Below the pieces are notes generated by a model that saw only the letters and a program-made list of their open reading frames with translations, ran no database searches and was not told the DNA's origin. 64,000 nt of DNA from Candidatus Hadarchaeum sp. (GTDB lineage: Archaea > Hadarchaeota > Hadarchaeia > Hadarchaeales > Hadarchaeaceae). Both the position numbers and the translations under genes were made by a program. The DNA lies in the NCBI RefSeq assembly GCF_038871235.1, contig NZ_JAVZIN010000002.1:43043-107042 (forward strand). Reading direction: 5' to 3'. Shown piece by piece: positions 35,142 through 50,220 of this stretch (position 1 is its first letter; every line of letters starts with the position of its first letter).

Positions 35142-36193
35142 TAAACAGCCTCCAATCTTTCTAACTTTTGAAGATCGCCTCCAGTTGCTTTTATTAATTG
35201 CAACATCTTTTCATAGGCTCGTCCGGAATCAATGGAGTCTTCGGCGATGGCCACCGCTTCACGTAAGTTATCAGCTTTACCTGCAACCACTATTGCCGCA
35301 GCCGCGTTCAAAAGCACGATTTCTCTCTTTGGCCCTCGTTCTCCTTTTAGAACCTCCAATAAGATACGCGCGTTTTTCTCAACGTCGCCACCAACTATTG
35401 AATCTGGATCTACGCGAGGTATTCCAAATTGTTCTGGATAAACCGTGTAAGTCGCAATTTCGCCATCGATAAGTTCTGATATTTGCGTTCCACCCAATAT
35501 CGATATTTCATCTAAACCATCAAGCCCATGAACAACCATCGCCCGTTTGCATCCAAGCTTTTCGAGTATGCATGCCATTTTTTCCGTTAAAACCGCATCA
35601 AAAGTTCCAACAACTTGTGCTTGAGCGCCAGCGGGATTTGTCAGTGGACCCAAAAGGTTAAAAACAGTCGGGATTTTTATCTCCCTTCTAGGTCTCATCA
35701 CATGCTTCATCGCTCTATGGAAACTTGGAGCAAACATGAAACCTAAGCCTATTCTCTCGATACAGCGCTCAACCTCCTGAGGCGGTAAATCTATTTTCAC
35801 ACCGATCGACTCAATTACATCCGCACTTCCCGATTTGCTTGTCTGTGACCTGTTACCGTGTTTTGCTATAACCACGCCTGCCCCTGCAGCGACAAACATT
35901 GCGACGGTGCTAACATTGAACGTTTTTATCTTATCTCCTCCAGTTCCGCAGATATCGACCAGCAACCCATTGACTCTCGGATTTATCCTTATAGCAAATC
36001 GACGCATCGCGCTCGCAAAAGCGGCAATCTCCTCCGCAGTTTCTCCCTTCATTCTGAGCGCTGTGAGAACGGACCCTATCTGTGCCTCAGTTGCCTCGCC
36101 AAACATTATTTCTTTCATTGCTTCCTCTGCTTCATGCCAAGTAAGATCTCTATATTGAACCAGCTTTTTAATCGCATCTTGAACCGAGTTCAA
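35141..36193 (-). CDS. trpD: Anthranilate phosphoribosyltransferase
   Basis: CGTGGD, FNVST, KHGNRS, GLDE. Confidence 0.96.
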   Translation of the reverse strand: MNSVQDAIKKLVQYRDLTWHEAEEAMKEIMFGEATEAQIGSVLTALRMKGETAEEIAAFASAMRRFAIRINPRVNGLLVDICGTGGDKIKTFNVSTVAMFVAAGAGVVIAKHGNRSQTSKSGSADVIESIGVKIDLPPQEVERCIERIGLGFMFAPSFHRAMKHVMRPRREIKIPTVFNLLGPLTNPAGAQAQVVGTFDAVLTEKMACILEKLGCKRAMVVHGLDGLDEISILGGTQISELIDGEIATYTVYPEQFGIPRVDPDSIVGGDVEKNARILLEVLKGERGPKREIVLLNAAAAIVVAGKADNLREAVAIAEDSIDSGRAYEKMLQLIKATGGDLQKLERLEAV

Positions 36194-36765
36194 AACAGTC
36201 CCTCCGTAAAATTTTTAATCAACGTTTTGCCATGCTTTGTGAGAATAGATTCTGGATGAAATTGAACCCCAAAGATCGGCAATTTCCGGTGCTGAAGCCC
36301 CATTATTTCTTTATCTTGGTCAAGCGTCACCGCGGTCACGCGCAAACAACTTGGCAAACTTGCTTGATTAACTGCAAGTGAGTGATAACGAGTTGCTTCG
36401 AAAGGGCTTGGAATGCCCCGAAAAAGTACGCTTCCATTATGTATGATTTGAGACACTTTACCATGCATAAGCATTTTCGCGTGCACTACTCGCCCACCGA
36501 AAGCACAGGCAATCGCTTGATGCCCTAAGCAGACGCCCAAAATAGGAACTTTTTCCCCAAATCTTTTAATAACCTCAATCGAGATGCCTGCATCCTTTGG
36601 TTTACCCGGCCCAGGGGAGATAATAATTCTCTCCGGATCAACGTCGGCAATTCTCTCAAGTGATACATCGTTCAAGAATACAACTGGCTCTGCACCTAGC
36701 TCACCTATATAATGAACTAAGTTGTAGGTGAAGCTATCATAATTATCAATAACTACAACTTTCAT
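36190..36765 (-). CDS. trpG: Anthranilate synthase glutamine amidotransferase
   Basis: IDNYDSFTYN, SPGPG, GVCLGHQ, QFHPES. Confidence 0.96.
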   Translation of the reverse strand: MKVVVIDNYDSFTYNLVHYIGELGAEPVVFLNDVSLERIADVDPERIIISPGPGKPKDAGISIEVIKRFGEKVPILGVCLGHQAIACAFGGRVVHAKMLMHGKVSQIIHNGSVLFRGIPSPFEATRYHSLAVNQASLPSCLRVTAVTLDQDKEIMGLQHRKLPIFGVQFHPESILTKHGKTLIKNFTEGLF

Positions 36766-36782
36766 CCTAACCTCACCTCGTT

Positions 36783-38264
36783 TTAACCACTTCTCAGCCC
36801 AGCCGCCATAAGCAACGCCCGCGCCTTATTTTCTGTCTCATAATACTCCTTCCACGGTACAGAGTCAGCGACTATCCCTGCGCCGACCTGCACGTAAGCT
36901 TTTGACTTCTCACACACCAATGTCCGTATAGTTATCGCAAAATCTGCATCTCCTATGTAGCTGAAAGTTCCGATTGCTCCTGCGTAAATACCTCTTCTCA
37001 CTGGCTCAAGTTCCTCTATTATCTCCATTGCTCTCAATTTCGGTGCTCCAGTCACCGTGCCCGCAGGAAAAGCCGCCCGGAAAGCATCTAGCGCATCGGC
37101 ATCTTCCCGTAGTTCCCCCTCTATATTTGACACCAGATGCTGAACCTGACTATATTTCTCCACTTTCATGAAACTCGTTACTTTAATTGAACCAAACTTA
37201 GAGACCCGACCCAAATCGTTTCTGCCAAGATCAACCAACATGGTGTGCTCCGCTCGCTCTTTTTCATCAGCGCACAGGTCCTGTTCCATAGCATCATCGT
37301 CTTCTCTATCCGTCCCCCGTCGCCTAGTACCAGCGATGGGGCGGGTTATCACCTTGCGGCCACATACTCTTAACAAGATCTCTGGGCTGGAACCAACGAT
37401 ACAACGCTCGGGAAAATCTAAGAAAAACATATAGGGCGATGGGTTGATTTTTCTTAAATTGAGAAAGAAATGCTCTAAAGGCGGTGGAGAATTAAACTCA
37501 ATTCTTCTTGAAAGAACTACCTGAATTATGTCTCCACTGCGGATATACTCCTTCGCGCGATTAACTTGTCTTTCATATTCTTCCCGAGTGAAATTTGATC
37601 TGATCGAAATGGGGCCAAGATTTTCAATTTTAGGGTCGTTTTCTTTTATTGTAACTAAATCCTCCAACTTTGACTTGGCTCGCGCAAATGCTAACTGCGG
37701 ATCCGATGTATCTGACAACGCCAACAAGGAACAATAGTGGGTTTTATGTGCGAAATGATCGATTATCACCATTCGCTCCGGCAACATGAGTTCAAGTTGA
37801 GGTTGTTTCAAATCATCCGCCGCGTTCATTCCTACGTTAAACATAGTTCTAACATAATCATAGCTAATGTACCCAACTATCCCCAACATATACCGCGAAG
37901 CGCCCTTCGGAAATCTCATTTTTTTCAGCAACATTATCCGCTCAAAAATTTTCAGAGGATCTTCATTCTCACGTATTGGAAAGCGCCTCACCATATCAAC
38001 AAAATCCTGCCGGCCCAAAATCTGACATTTGCCCGTCTTGACCTTTAGATAAAGCAATGGATCGCACCCTAACACGGAATAACGTGATATCTCGCCTTGT
38101 CCTCTTGCCGACTCCAACAAATAGGAAAGTGATGACCTGCGTCTCAGGCCAAAGTAAAGCTTTGCCGGGTCAGGGCATTTATCGGCTGTGTACACTAATG
38201 GAAGCAGACCAGGCCGATCAATTTCTTCCGCCAGTTTCAACCCATTTCGGTAGTTAATCTCCAA
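36783..38264 (-). CDS. trpE: Anthranilate synthase component I
   Basis: YLLES, NPSPYM, PIAGT, EHTMLVDLGRND, GAPK. Confidence 0.95.
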   Translation of the reverse strand: MEINYRNGLKLAEEIDRPGLLPLVYTADKCPDPAKLYFGLRRRSSLSYLLESARGQGEISRYSVLGCDPLLYLKVKTGKCQILGRQDFVDMVRRFPIRENEDPLKIFERIMLLKKMRFPKGASRYMLGIVGYISYDYVRTMFNVGMNAADDLKQPQLELMLPERMVIIDHFAHKTHYCSLLALSDTSDPQLAFARAKSKLEDLVTIKENDPKIENLGPISIRSNFTREEYERQVNRAKEYIRSGDIIQVVLSRRIEFNSPPPLEHFFLNLRKINPSPYMFFLDFPERCIVGSSPEILLRVCGRKVITRPIAGTRRRGTDREDDDAMEQDLCADEKERAEHTMLVDLGRNDLGRVSKFGSIKVTSFMKVEKYSQVQHLVSNIEGELREDADALDAFRAAFPAGTVTGAPKLRAMEIIEELEPVRRGIYAGAIGTFSYIGDADFAITIRTLVCEKSKAYVQVGAGIVADSVPWKEYYETENKARALLMAAGLRSG

Positions 38265-38290
38265 TTTCTCAACCGCGTTTTTTTCTATTT

Positions 38291-38326
38291 TGTACTATTT
38301 AAGACTTTAGTGTACAATTTTGTTCA
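38291..38326. promoter_or_regulatory. trpE promoter (TTAAATA) flanked by TRP-box-like TGTACT/TGTACA/TGTTCA hexamers
   Basis: Hexamers at 38291, 38311 and 38321; minus-strand TATA at about 38296-38302. Confidence 0.65.
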
Positions 38327-38386
38327 AAATACAAAAGAATGATTTTTCTTATATAAAAAGGTTGCCCCCAACAATCAGCTGAAAAC

Positions 38387-38686
38387 TTGGGGGGTGAAAA
38401 TATAGCAAAAAATTTTGGAAAAATGGAACCAACTAAGGAAATTTCAACACTGAGGATCGTGGCCAAGCGTGAAGACAGAGAACCCTATACAGTGAATATT
38501 CCGGTCAAGGGGGACGTTTTCTCCTTAGTATTACCGAGCGGCTATATAAACTGGCCTGAAGGTAAGCCCTATCCTGACTCAATTAAAATAGCTATCGACG
38601 ACGACCGGAGCCTTTGGGTTAACTTCGGCGTTTCCAAGGAATATGGTTTTTACACATCGCTGAGAATTGGAAAAGCCAGCGAGTAA
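38387..38686 (+). CDS. Hypothetical protein (start uncertain)
   Basis: Fills the gap between trpE and leuA; upstream TTATATAAA; no family recognised. Confidence 0.6.
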   Translation: MGGENIAKNFGKMEPTKEISTLRIVAKREDREPYTVNIPVKGDVFSLVLPSGYINWPEGKPYPDSIKIAIDDDRSLWVNFGVSKEYGFYTSLRIGKASE

Positions 38687-38720
38687 AAATACAGACACCA
38701 TTTGATTTCAAGACCAACCG

Positions 38721-40271
38721 CTATTTCCTGCCGGCAAAATATCTGTTGATACCATTGACCATGGCCTCGACACTGGCTAACACAACATCCTCACGAACAC
38801 CCTTTGCTCTGTAGAGATTACCCTGTTCATCTTCAAGCTCAACCGTCACCTCGGCAAGTGCATCGCTTCCGCCGGTTATCGCGTCAAGATGGTACTTCTT
38901 TAACCTGAGCTTTGAAATTTCACCCATCGCTGCCCTAATTGCCGCTATCGCTGCATCGACTGGGCCCACCCCGATCGCAGAACTTACCCTATCCTCACCA
39001 CGAATGCTCAAACGTACCGAAGCTGTTGGGGTGATGGTGCTGCCTGTCGTGACCGTGACCTCCTTTAACTCAACTATTTTCTCTTCCTTTGGCAACGCAC
39101 CGATTACGCTTTCGGCAATTACCCGCAGATCGGCATCAGTAACCTGCTTACCCTTATCTCCCAGTGCCTTGACCTGACGCGTGATCTCAATGAGCTGCCG
39201 TTTGTTGGCCTTTACTCCTATGCTACGCAGTTGCTTTTCAACGGAATGTCTGCCTGTGAGCTTGCCGAGTTCCAAACGGCGGTGGTGACCGACCAGTTCT
39301 GGAGAGAAAGGCTCATAGGTACCCGGGAACTCTATGACTCCGTGAGCGTGAATTCCAGAAACGTGCGCAAAGGCATTATCGCCAACGATGGCCTTATTGG
39401 GCGGCACAGAGATGCCCGTGATACGTTCAACTAAATCTGAGGTCTCTGTGAGCAACTCTGTTTTAATGCGCAATTTTATGCCGTATAGCGTCTTGAGTGC
39501 CATAACGATTTCCTCCAACGAAGCGTTGCCAGCCCGCTCGCCTAAACCATTCACTGTCACCTGAACCTGTTGGGCCCCTGCTTCCACAGCAGCAAGGGAA
39601 TTAGCCACCGCCAATCCAAGATCATCATGGCAGTGTACACTTATTGGCACATTTATGTGCGGCTTGAGTTGTGATATAAGATAATACATGGCGCGAGGAG
39701 TTATCGCGCCGATAGTGTCCGGTACATTAATTCTGTCCGCGCCCGCCTCAATGACGGCTTTATAAGTCTCCCTCAGAAATTCTAGATCCGTCCGAGTAGC
39801 GTCCATCGCCGAAAATTCAACTTTGACTCCATGATCCTTAGCATATTCTACAAACTTCACCGCCTGTCTCACCACTTGTTCGCGCGACATCTTTAGCGCG
39901 TGTTTGAGGTGAAGATCCGATGTGCTGATGAAAATGTGGACGCAGTCAACGCCGCAGTTGATTGCGGCGTCAACGTCCTCCTTGAGCGGCCGCGCCAGCG
40001 CACATATCTCCGCCTTTAGCCCCGCCTTAGCTATTGCAGCAACTGCCTTACGTTCCCCATCTGAAGAAACCGGTGTTCCGGCCTCAATCGTGTCAACGCC
40101 GAGCCGATCCAGCTGACGGGCGATGAGCATTTTTTGATCGGGAGTAAAGGAAACACCCGGGGTCTGATCACCATCCCTAAGTGTGGTATCGAAAATCCTG
40201 ACCTTCTTGGGCAACCTGATCTCGCGATTGACCAGTCTCGCGTAGTCACTTATGAAAACGTTTTTCTGCAT
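38721..40271 (-). CDS. leuA: 2-isopropylmalate synthase
   Basis: DTTLRDG, PRAMYYLI, HCH, C-terminal LeuA regulatory domain; resembles archaeal LeuA. Confidence 0.8.
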   Translation of the reverse strand: MQKNVFISDYARLVNREIRLPKKVRIFDTTLRDGDQTPGVSFTPDQKMLIARQLDRLGVDTIEAGTPVSSDGERKAVAAIAKAGLKAEICALARPLKEDVDAAINCGVDCVHIFISTSDLHLKHALKMSREQVVRQAVKFVEYAKDHGVKVEFSAMDATRTDLEFLRETYKAVIEAGADRINVPDTIGAITPRAMYYLISQLKPHINVPISVHCHDDLGLAVANSLAAVEAGAQQVQVTVNGLGERAGNASLEEIVMALKTLYGIKLRIKTELLTETSDLVERITGISVPPNKAIVGDNAFAHVSGIHAHGVIEFPGTYEPFSPELVGHHRRLELGKLTGRHSVEKQLRSIGVKANKRQLIEITRQVKALGDKGKQVTDADLRVIAESVIGALPKEEKIVELKEVTVTTGSTITPTASVRLSIRGEDRVSSAIGVGPVDAAIAAIRAAMGEISKLRLKKYHLDAITGGSDALAEVTVELEDEQGNLYRAKGVREDVVLASVEAMVNGINRYFAGRK

Positions 40272-40339
40272 TTGAACCACCATCAATTACTTTAGCCATT
40301 AATATAATGTTCACCTATATAGCAAAAGGGGACCCCGAT

Positions 40340-41842
40340 ATGGCGAGGCGCAGGATAAAGGTACTGGATACAACCCTGAGGGACGGAGAACAAACGCCAG
40401 GAGTAGCGCTGACTCCAGAACAAAAATTAGAAATAGCAAGAGCCCTCGATGATCTGGGCGTGGACATCTTGGAAGCTGGAGCTGCAATATCATCAGAAGG
40501 AGAAAGAAAAGCCATAAAGATGATTTCAAGGGCGGGATTAAATGCTGAAATATGCAGCTTCGTCAGGGCCGCCAAGGAAGATATCGACGCTGCGCTTGCC
40601 TGCGACGTCGACAGCGTCCACATGGTTGTCCCAACCTCTGACATTCATCTGAAATACAAGTTAAAGAAAACGAAAAAAGAAGTCAAGGAAATGGCCCTAA
40701 ATGCAGCCCGGTACGCGCTTGACCATGGATTGATAGTTGAATTCTCTTCCGAGGACGCGAGCAGAACTGAACCATCGTTTTTGTTGGATATTCTCTCTGC
40801 GGCGGTTGAGGAGGGGGTCCAGAGGGTCTGCATATGCGACACGGTTGGAGTTTTAACTTATGAAAAATCACGAGAACTTTTTTCGAACCTAACTGCAAAA
40901 CTGAAGGTGCCTGTTTCCGCCCATTGCCACAATGACTTTGGCATGGCCACGGCGAATACCGTGGCCGCTGTAATGGGTGGGGCCAGCGAAGTTCACGTAA
41001 CCATCAATGGCTTGGGCGAAAGAGGTGGAAACGCGGCGTTGGAAGAAGTAGTTCTCGCCCTTTCACAATTCTACGATATCTCTACTGGAATCAAGCTGAA
41101 ACTACTCTACAGTGTTTCCAATTTGGTCGAAAAAATCACCGGTATGCCGGTCTCGCCGACAAAACCGATTGTAGGTGAAAATGCGTTTACCCATGGGGCC
41201 GGAATCCACACCCATGGTGTACTTGCCGAACCATCAACATACGAACCGATACCGCCAGAGCTGGTGGGCCAACATCGCAGGCTGGTCTTCGGAAAGCTAT
41301 CCGGATCTCACGCGATTGAAAGCGAGCTGAAGAAGATGGGTCTTAAGCCCACTAAAAAACAGATCGAAGAGATATTCAACCAAGTGAAACAGCTAGGTGA
41401 TCGTGGCAAAATAGTCACCGACACCGAACTTCGGGCCATTGTAGACTCGGTCCTAGGACGAGGATTCAAGGAAACCCTCAAGCTCGAAGAACTTACTGTG
41501 GTGAGCGGAAACCGCGTCACTCCCACCTCCTCCGTCAGAATAAAGTTTGGCGATAAGGAGTTCGTCGAATCGGGGGTGGGTATTGGACCAGTGGACGCAG
41601 CCATGAACGCCATTAGGAAAGTGGTGGAGGGAACTGCCAATGTGAGGCTGGTGGAGTATCACGTCGATGCCATCTCCGGAGGCACCGACGCCATGGTAAG
41701 TGTAGTGGTAAAGCTAACGGACGGTAAGAGGATGGTCACCGCGAGAGGTACTAGTGGGGACATCATCATGGCTAGCGTTCAAGCTATGCTTAATGGCGTC
41801 AACCGCCTATTATGGGACAAGCAGCTGAGGGTGAAAGAATGA
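40340..41842 (+). CDS. cimA: (R)-citramalate synthase
   Basis: [41 protein letters not shown], as in methanogen CimA. Confidence 0.8.
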   Translation: MARRRIKVLDTTLRDGEQTPGVALTPEQKLEIARALDDLGVDILEAGAAISSEGERKAIKMISRAGLNAEICSFVRAAKEDIDAALACDVDSVHMVVPTSDIHLKYKLKKTKKEVKEMALNAARYALDHGLIVEFSSEDASRTEPSFLLDILSAAVEEGVQRVCICDTVGVLTYEKSRELFSNLTAKLKVPVSAHCHNDFGMATANTVAAVMGGASEVHVTINGLGERGGNAALEEVVLALSQFYDISTGIKLKLLYSVSNLVEKITGMPVSPTKPIVGENAFTHGAGIHTHGVLAEPSTYEPIPPELVGQHRRLVFGKLSGSHAIESELKKMGLKPTKKQIEEIFNQVKQLGDRGKIVTDTELRAIVDSVLGRGFKETLKLEELTVVSGNRVTPTSSVRIKFGDKEFVESGVGIGPVDAAMNAIRKVVEGTANVRLVEYHVDAISGGTDAMVSVVVKLTDGKRMVTARGTSGDIIMASVQAMLNGVNRLLWDKQLRVKE

Positions 41843-42135
41843 CGACTCAACCGAACAACGAAGAACTTGAACGAGTGAGAATGCCGAGAACCGGCGAAGT
41901 CCTTGGTGTGGTGGAGCAGATGTATGGATTTGACCGCCTTCGGGTACGTTGCCGGGACGGCTTCACGAGGAACTGCAGAATCCCTGGGAGAATCCGCAAA
42001 CGCCTGTGGGTCCGAGAAGGTGATGTCGTCATCGTCCGCCCGTGGGCCGTCCAAGGGAAAGAAAAAGGTGACATCATTCACCGCTATACTGCCGCTCAGC
42101 TTGACGCCTTGAGAAGAAAAGGTCTTTGGGAATAG
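41839..42135 (+). CDS. eif1a: Translation initiation factor aIF-1A
   Basis: [31 protein letters not shown]. Confidence 0.95.
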   Translation: MTTQPNNEELERVRMPRTGEVLGVVEQMYGFDRLRVRCRDGFTRNCRIPGRIRKRLWVREGDVVIVRPWAVQGKEKGDIIHRYTAAQLDALRRKGLWE

Positions 42136-42144
42136 GCTGGTAAT

Positions 42145-42909
42145 TTGGAAGAGGATTTTGAGTCCATTCTATCCAAACTCGATCGAAAAAAGATTGAGCG
42201 ACTGGAAAAAGACTCAGAAATATACAAGATAATGGCCCGTGTCTTTGACACGTCGACCTTGCTCACCCTTTACCGCCTCATCAATCGTGGAGTCTTCGAT
42301 GTCTTTTATGGGAACATCTCCGCTGGAAAGGAGGCAAACATTTACTGCGCGCTGGATAAAAATGGAAACTACGTAGCCGCCAAGATCTACCGTATTGCAA
42401 CATCGGATTTCAAAAACATGCACCGCTATTTGGTAGGAGACACCCGTTTCAAGCGCGTTCCTGAGGACCGCCGTGGGATAATCTACACTTGGACCTCCCG
42501 GGAGTTCAAAAACTTGCAGCAGGCCTACGCTGCTGGAGTTCCTGTCCCCCGACCAATTGACCATGAAAAAAACGTGCTAGCAATGGAATTTATCGGTGAA
42601 GATGGGGTCCCCTATCCGCTCTTGAAAGACGTGAAACCAAAAAACCCAAAAAAAACTTTCGAGATATTGGTTGATTCGGTGAAAAAACTTTATCAAGAGG
42701 CGGAAATCGTCCACTCTGATCTTAGCGAATACAATGTTATGTTAACGCCCGACCCTGTTCTGATAGATTTTTCCATGGGCACCGATATTAAAAACCCCAT
42801 GGCCGAGCAGCTGCTGATGCGCGACATCCAAAACTTGGTCAGATATTTTAGAAAGCTCGGCATGAAAACTCCCGAGCCATCCGGCATCTTTGCTGAAATT
42901 GTTAAATGA
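42145..42909 (+). CDS. rio1: Rio1 serine kinase
   Basis: SAGKEANIY, EFKNL, VHSDLSEYN, IDF. Confidence 0.93.
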   Translation: MEEDFESILSKLDRKKIERLEKDSEIYKIMARVFDTSTLLTLYRLINRGVFDVFYGNISAGKEANIYCALDKNGNYVAAKIYRIATSDFKNMHRYLVGDTRFKRVPEDRRGIIYTWTSREFKNLQQAYAAGVPVPRPIDHEKNVLAMEFIGEDGVPYPLLKDVKPKNPKKTFEILVDSVKKLYQEAEIVHSDLSEYNVMLTPDPVLIDFSMGTDIKNPMAEQLLMRDIQNLVRYFRKLGMKTPEPSGIFAEIVK

Positions 42910-42921
42910 ATGTGTTTTCGA

Positions 42922-43230
42922 TCAGGTTTTTAGCTCTATAGCTATAGAGACTTCCTCAGGCACCTGAACCCTCATGATCTGACGCAAGGCACGCTCATCA
43001 GCTTGCATGTCAATCAATCGTTTGTGGATCCGGAGTTCCCACCGGTCCCAAGTAATGGTCCCCTCACCGTCCGGTGCTTTTTTGGTTGGAATCACTATTC
43101 TACGTGTGGGTAATGGTACTGGACCTGAGATTTTAACGCCGACCCTCTCAGCTATACCCAATATCTGCTTGCACACTTCCTCCAGCTTCTTAGGATCCAC
43201 GCTGGCCAGCCTTATGCGTGCCTTCTGCAA
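42922..43230 (-). CDS. rpsJ: 30S ribosomal protein S10
   Basis: [21 protein letters not shown]. Confidence 0.96.
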   Translation of the reverse strand: MQKARIRLASVDPKKLEEVCKQILGIAERVGVKISGPVPLPTRRIVIPTKKAPDGEGTITWDRWELRIHKRLIDMQADERALRQIMRVQVPEEVSIAIELKT

Positions 43231-43278
43231 ACTGACCCCTCTACCCTAAAAGACGCAGGAGCCTATAAAAGATTTGGT

Positions 43279-44541
43279 CTACTTGGCTTTCACCAGATCC
43301 ACACATACGCCCGCTGCAATTGTCATACCCATGTCACGAATAGCAAAGCGGCTGAGCTGCGGTATTTCGGAAGCCTTCTCCAGCACCATCGGTTTTGTCG
43401 GTACCACCTTAATCGTGGCCATGTCTCCTTTCTTTATGAACTCTGGCTTTTCTTGAACGACCGCGCCTGTCTTGGGATCTATTTTTTGAGTAATCTCAGT
43501 AATGGTGCAGGCAACTTGAGCCGTGTGCGCGTGAAAGACTGGTGTGTAGCCAGCGGCTATCGCTGTTGGGTGTTGCAACACCGCAATTCTCGCGGTGAAC
43601 TCCTTGACCACTGTTGGTGGTGATTTGGTGTGTCCGGCCACATCTCCCCGTTTAATCGCTGTCTTTTCAATACCACGAACGTTAAAACCTATGTTATCTC
43701 CTGGCTCTGCCTGGGGAATTGACTCATGGTGCATCTCAATCGATTTCACTTCACCGCTTACTCCTGCGGGCTCGAAAACGATGGTATCCCCGACCTTCAT
43801 CACTCCGGTCTCCACTCTTCCCACAGGGACCGTGCCCACGCCAGTTATCGAATAAACATCCTGTACAGGGATCCTGAGCGGTTTCTCGATTGGCTTGGGG
43901 GGAACCACGAAGGTGTCAAGCGCTTCATAGAAAACCGGTCCGGTATACCACTTCATATTTTCGCTGCGTTTAACCACATTTTCCCCATGGAAGGATGCTG
44001 TGGGAACGAAGACGAACTTTTCAGGGTTTCTGTAGCCAACCGTTCTCAGCAGCTCTATTATCTCGGCCTTTAACTTGTTGTAAACTTCCTCCTTATAGTT
44101 CACCAAGTCCATTTTGTTTATAACCACTACGAGCTGCCCGACACCAAGAGTAAAAGCAAGTGCCGCATGCTCACGGGTCTGCGGCATAATCCCATCATCA
44201 GCGGCCACAACCAGCACTGCCGCGTCGGCTTGGCTCGCGCCCGTGATCATGTTTTTGACGAAGTCGCGGTGGCCCGGGGCGTCGATTATGGTAAAGTAGT
44301 ATTTGTCCGTCTCAAACTTCTTGTGCGCGAGGTCGATAGTCAACCCTCTCTCACGTTCTTCCTTAAGGGCATCCAACACCCAAGCGAACTTGAACGTCTT
44401 ACCCTTGTCACCCATCGCTTCAAATTTTTTTATGTCCTCTTCCCTAACCAAGCCTTTATCAAAAAACAATCTGCCAAGCGTCGTTGACTTGCCGTGGTCA
44501 ACATGCCCTATTGTTATCAGATTCAAATGCGGTTTCGCCAT
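43279..44541 (-). CDS. tuf: Elongation factor 1-alpha
   Basis: [29 protein letters not shown]. Confidence 0.98.
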   Translation of the reverse strand: MAKPHLNLITIGHVDHGKSTTLGRLFFDKGLVREEDIKKFEAMGDKGKTFKFAWVLDALKEERERGLTIDLAHKKFETDKYYFTIIDAPGHRDFVKNMITGASQADAAVLVVAADDGIMPQTREHAALAFTLGVGQLVVVINKMDLVNYKEEVYNKLKAEIIELLRTVGYRNPEKFVFVPTASFHGENVVKRSENMKWYTGPVFYEALDTFVVPPKPIEKPLRIPVQDVYSITGVGTVPVGRVETGVMKVGDTIVFEPAGVSGEVKSIEMHHESIPQAEPGDNIGFNVRGIEKTAIKRGDVAGHTKSPPTVVKEFTARIAVLQHPTAIAAGYTPVFHAHTAQVACTITEITQKIDPKTGAVVQEKPEFIKKGDMATIKVVPTKPMVLEKASEIPQLSRFAIRDMGMTIAAGVCVDLVKAK

Positions 44542-44595
44542 ATTATAACCTCCTTTAACTATTTCCTTTTAACCTATTTATTTAATAAGCTTTAC

Positions 44596-45201
44596 TCACC
44601 TCGCGCCCTTGGCGATCCTCTCCATCTCCTCCTTTCTGGCCACGGCAAAACTCTTAGTATCATTGTTGGCTGCGAGTATCAACTCCTCAGCCAAACAGTC
44701 GACTATGTTCTTTTTCCCAGTAAAGGCTGCGGCGAAAGCCCCTGCAGCCAAATTTTTCAGGGCAATGTCCAGCCTCCTTTGTGGGGAAGAATCTACCGCA
44801 ATATAATAGGTAATGCCTCCATAGCTGATACGTGTGGTCTCCTCTCGTGGAGCTGCATTCTGAATGGCATCAACCAAGACCTGCACGGGATTCTTATTGG
44901 TCCTCTGCGCAATTATCTTAAAGGCATCTCGAACAATGTTGTAGGCCTTATGTTTTTTGCCTGTCGCCCCAGCTCCCCGTATGGTCCTGCCACCAAGCTT
45001 CCGGGCCCCAGGACCAGATCTCATTATCTTGTTGATCAAACGTTCTACAACTGAAACGTTAGCTTTTCCAAACTGCTTGCTGGCGTGCCTCCCCCCAGTG
45101 TGAAGAACGAAAGGAGCTTCCAAACGTAGATATTGCTTTATTCCCGGATCCTTAACCTCAATATTTTCGATGTCCCATTCTCCGAAATATTTGAAGCCCA
45201 A
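44596..45201 (-). CDS. rpsG: 30S ribosomal protein S7
   Basis: NPVQVLVDAIQNAAPREE, ERIAKGAR. Confidence 0.96.
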   Translation of the reverse strand: MGFKYFGEWDIENIEVKDPGIKQYLRLEAPFVLHTGGRHASKQFGKANVSVVERLINKIMRSGPGARKLGGRTIRGAGATGKKHKAYNIVRDAFKIIAQRTNKNPVQVLVDAIQNAAPREETTRISYGGITYYIAVDSSPQRRLDIALKNLAAGAFAAAFTGKKNIVDCLAEELILAANNDTKSFAVARKEEMERIAKGAR

Positions 45202-45205
45202 AAGA

Positions 45206-45640
45206 TCACCTAGTTGGTTTTTCCTTGCGTCCTTTAACTAGCTCTTTGAGAGAAATTCCATTTACCTTAACGACCTTATAACGAACCCCCGGAATATCAC
45301 CGTAGGCTCCCCCCTTAGCCCCACCTATCCCTTCGACAATGACCTCATCATGCTCATCGATAAAACCAATAGCGCCGTCTCCGGGTGCAAAGGCGGTTAT
45401 CTGTCTGCCATTTTTAATCAGCTGGACCCTAACACATTTCCTGATGGCTGAGTTGGGCTGTTTGGCCTCAATTCCAACTTTCTCCAAGACGATGCCCCTG
45501 GCTTGGGGAGCTCCCTCTAACGGGTCGGCTTTTTCATCTAACTTCAGCACGCGACGTTTATACTGAGCACTCTTCCACCTAAAATGCTGCCTAGTGTCAC
45601 GCAGCTTCCTTGCCGCAAACTCCCCTCTGGGCGCTTTCAT
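45206..45640 (-). CDS. rpsL: 30S ribosomal protein S12
   Basis: [22 protein letters not shown]. Confidence 0.97.
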   Translation of the reverse strand: MKAPRGEFAARKLRDTRQHFRWKSAQYKRRVLKLDEKADPLEGAPQARGIVLEKVGIEAKQPNSAIRKCVRVQLIKNGRQITAFAPGDGAIGFIDEHDEVIVEGIGGAKGGAYGDIPGVRYKVVKVNGISLKELVKGRKEKPTR

Positions 45641-45683
45641 ATTTCATCACTTATATCAGTAGTTAGTGTTGAGGTTTTATAAA

Positions 45684-46108
45684 TCATATAAGTATTACGT
45701 CGCTGATGCCGTGATGTCTTTCAGCAAGTTTTTTCGCTATTTGAATTTTTTTGCCACCGCGTCCTACGGCTAACCCTTTATCCTGCAACTCCACACTGAC
45801 CAAAGCTACTTTCTTTTCCCCTTTCTCTACTATCTTAACGCTCTGTACTCTCGCCGGCAATAACGCGTTTTTCAAGAACTCCACCGGATCTTCCGAGTAC
45901 TCGATCACTTCAATGCCCCTCCCAATCAAACGTCTTGCCCTTTTAACTTTGTCTCCGCCTCGCCCAACTGCCATTCCAAAATCTCCTTTATTAACGACAA
46001 ACGTCACGTTTCCGCCGAAATCGTTTATGATGCAATCGCGCACCCGTGCCCCGGTCAAGCCTTCAAAACTTGCTATGTAGCGCATCTCCTCCGCTGTGAA
46101 TTTTATGG

Positions 46109-46112
<4 letters not shown>
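45684..46112 (-). CDS. nusA: Archaeal NusA
   Basis: Two KH domains, GMAVGRGG / GLAVGRGG. Confidence 0.93.

Positions 46113-50220
<4,108 letters not shown>

Noticed and set aside
38387-38686. Calling the divergent ORF trpY
   Set aside because: Too short and lacks recognisable HTH and ACT features.
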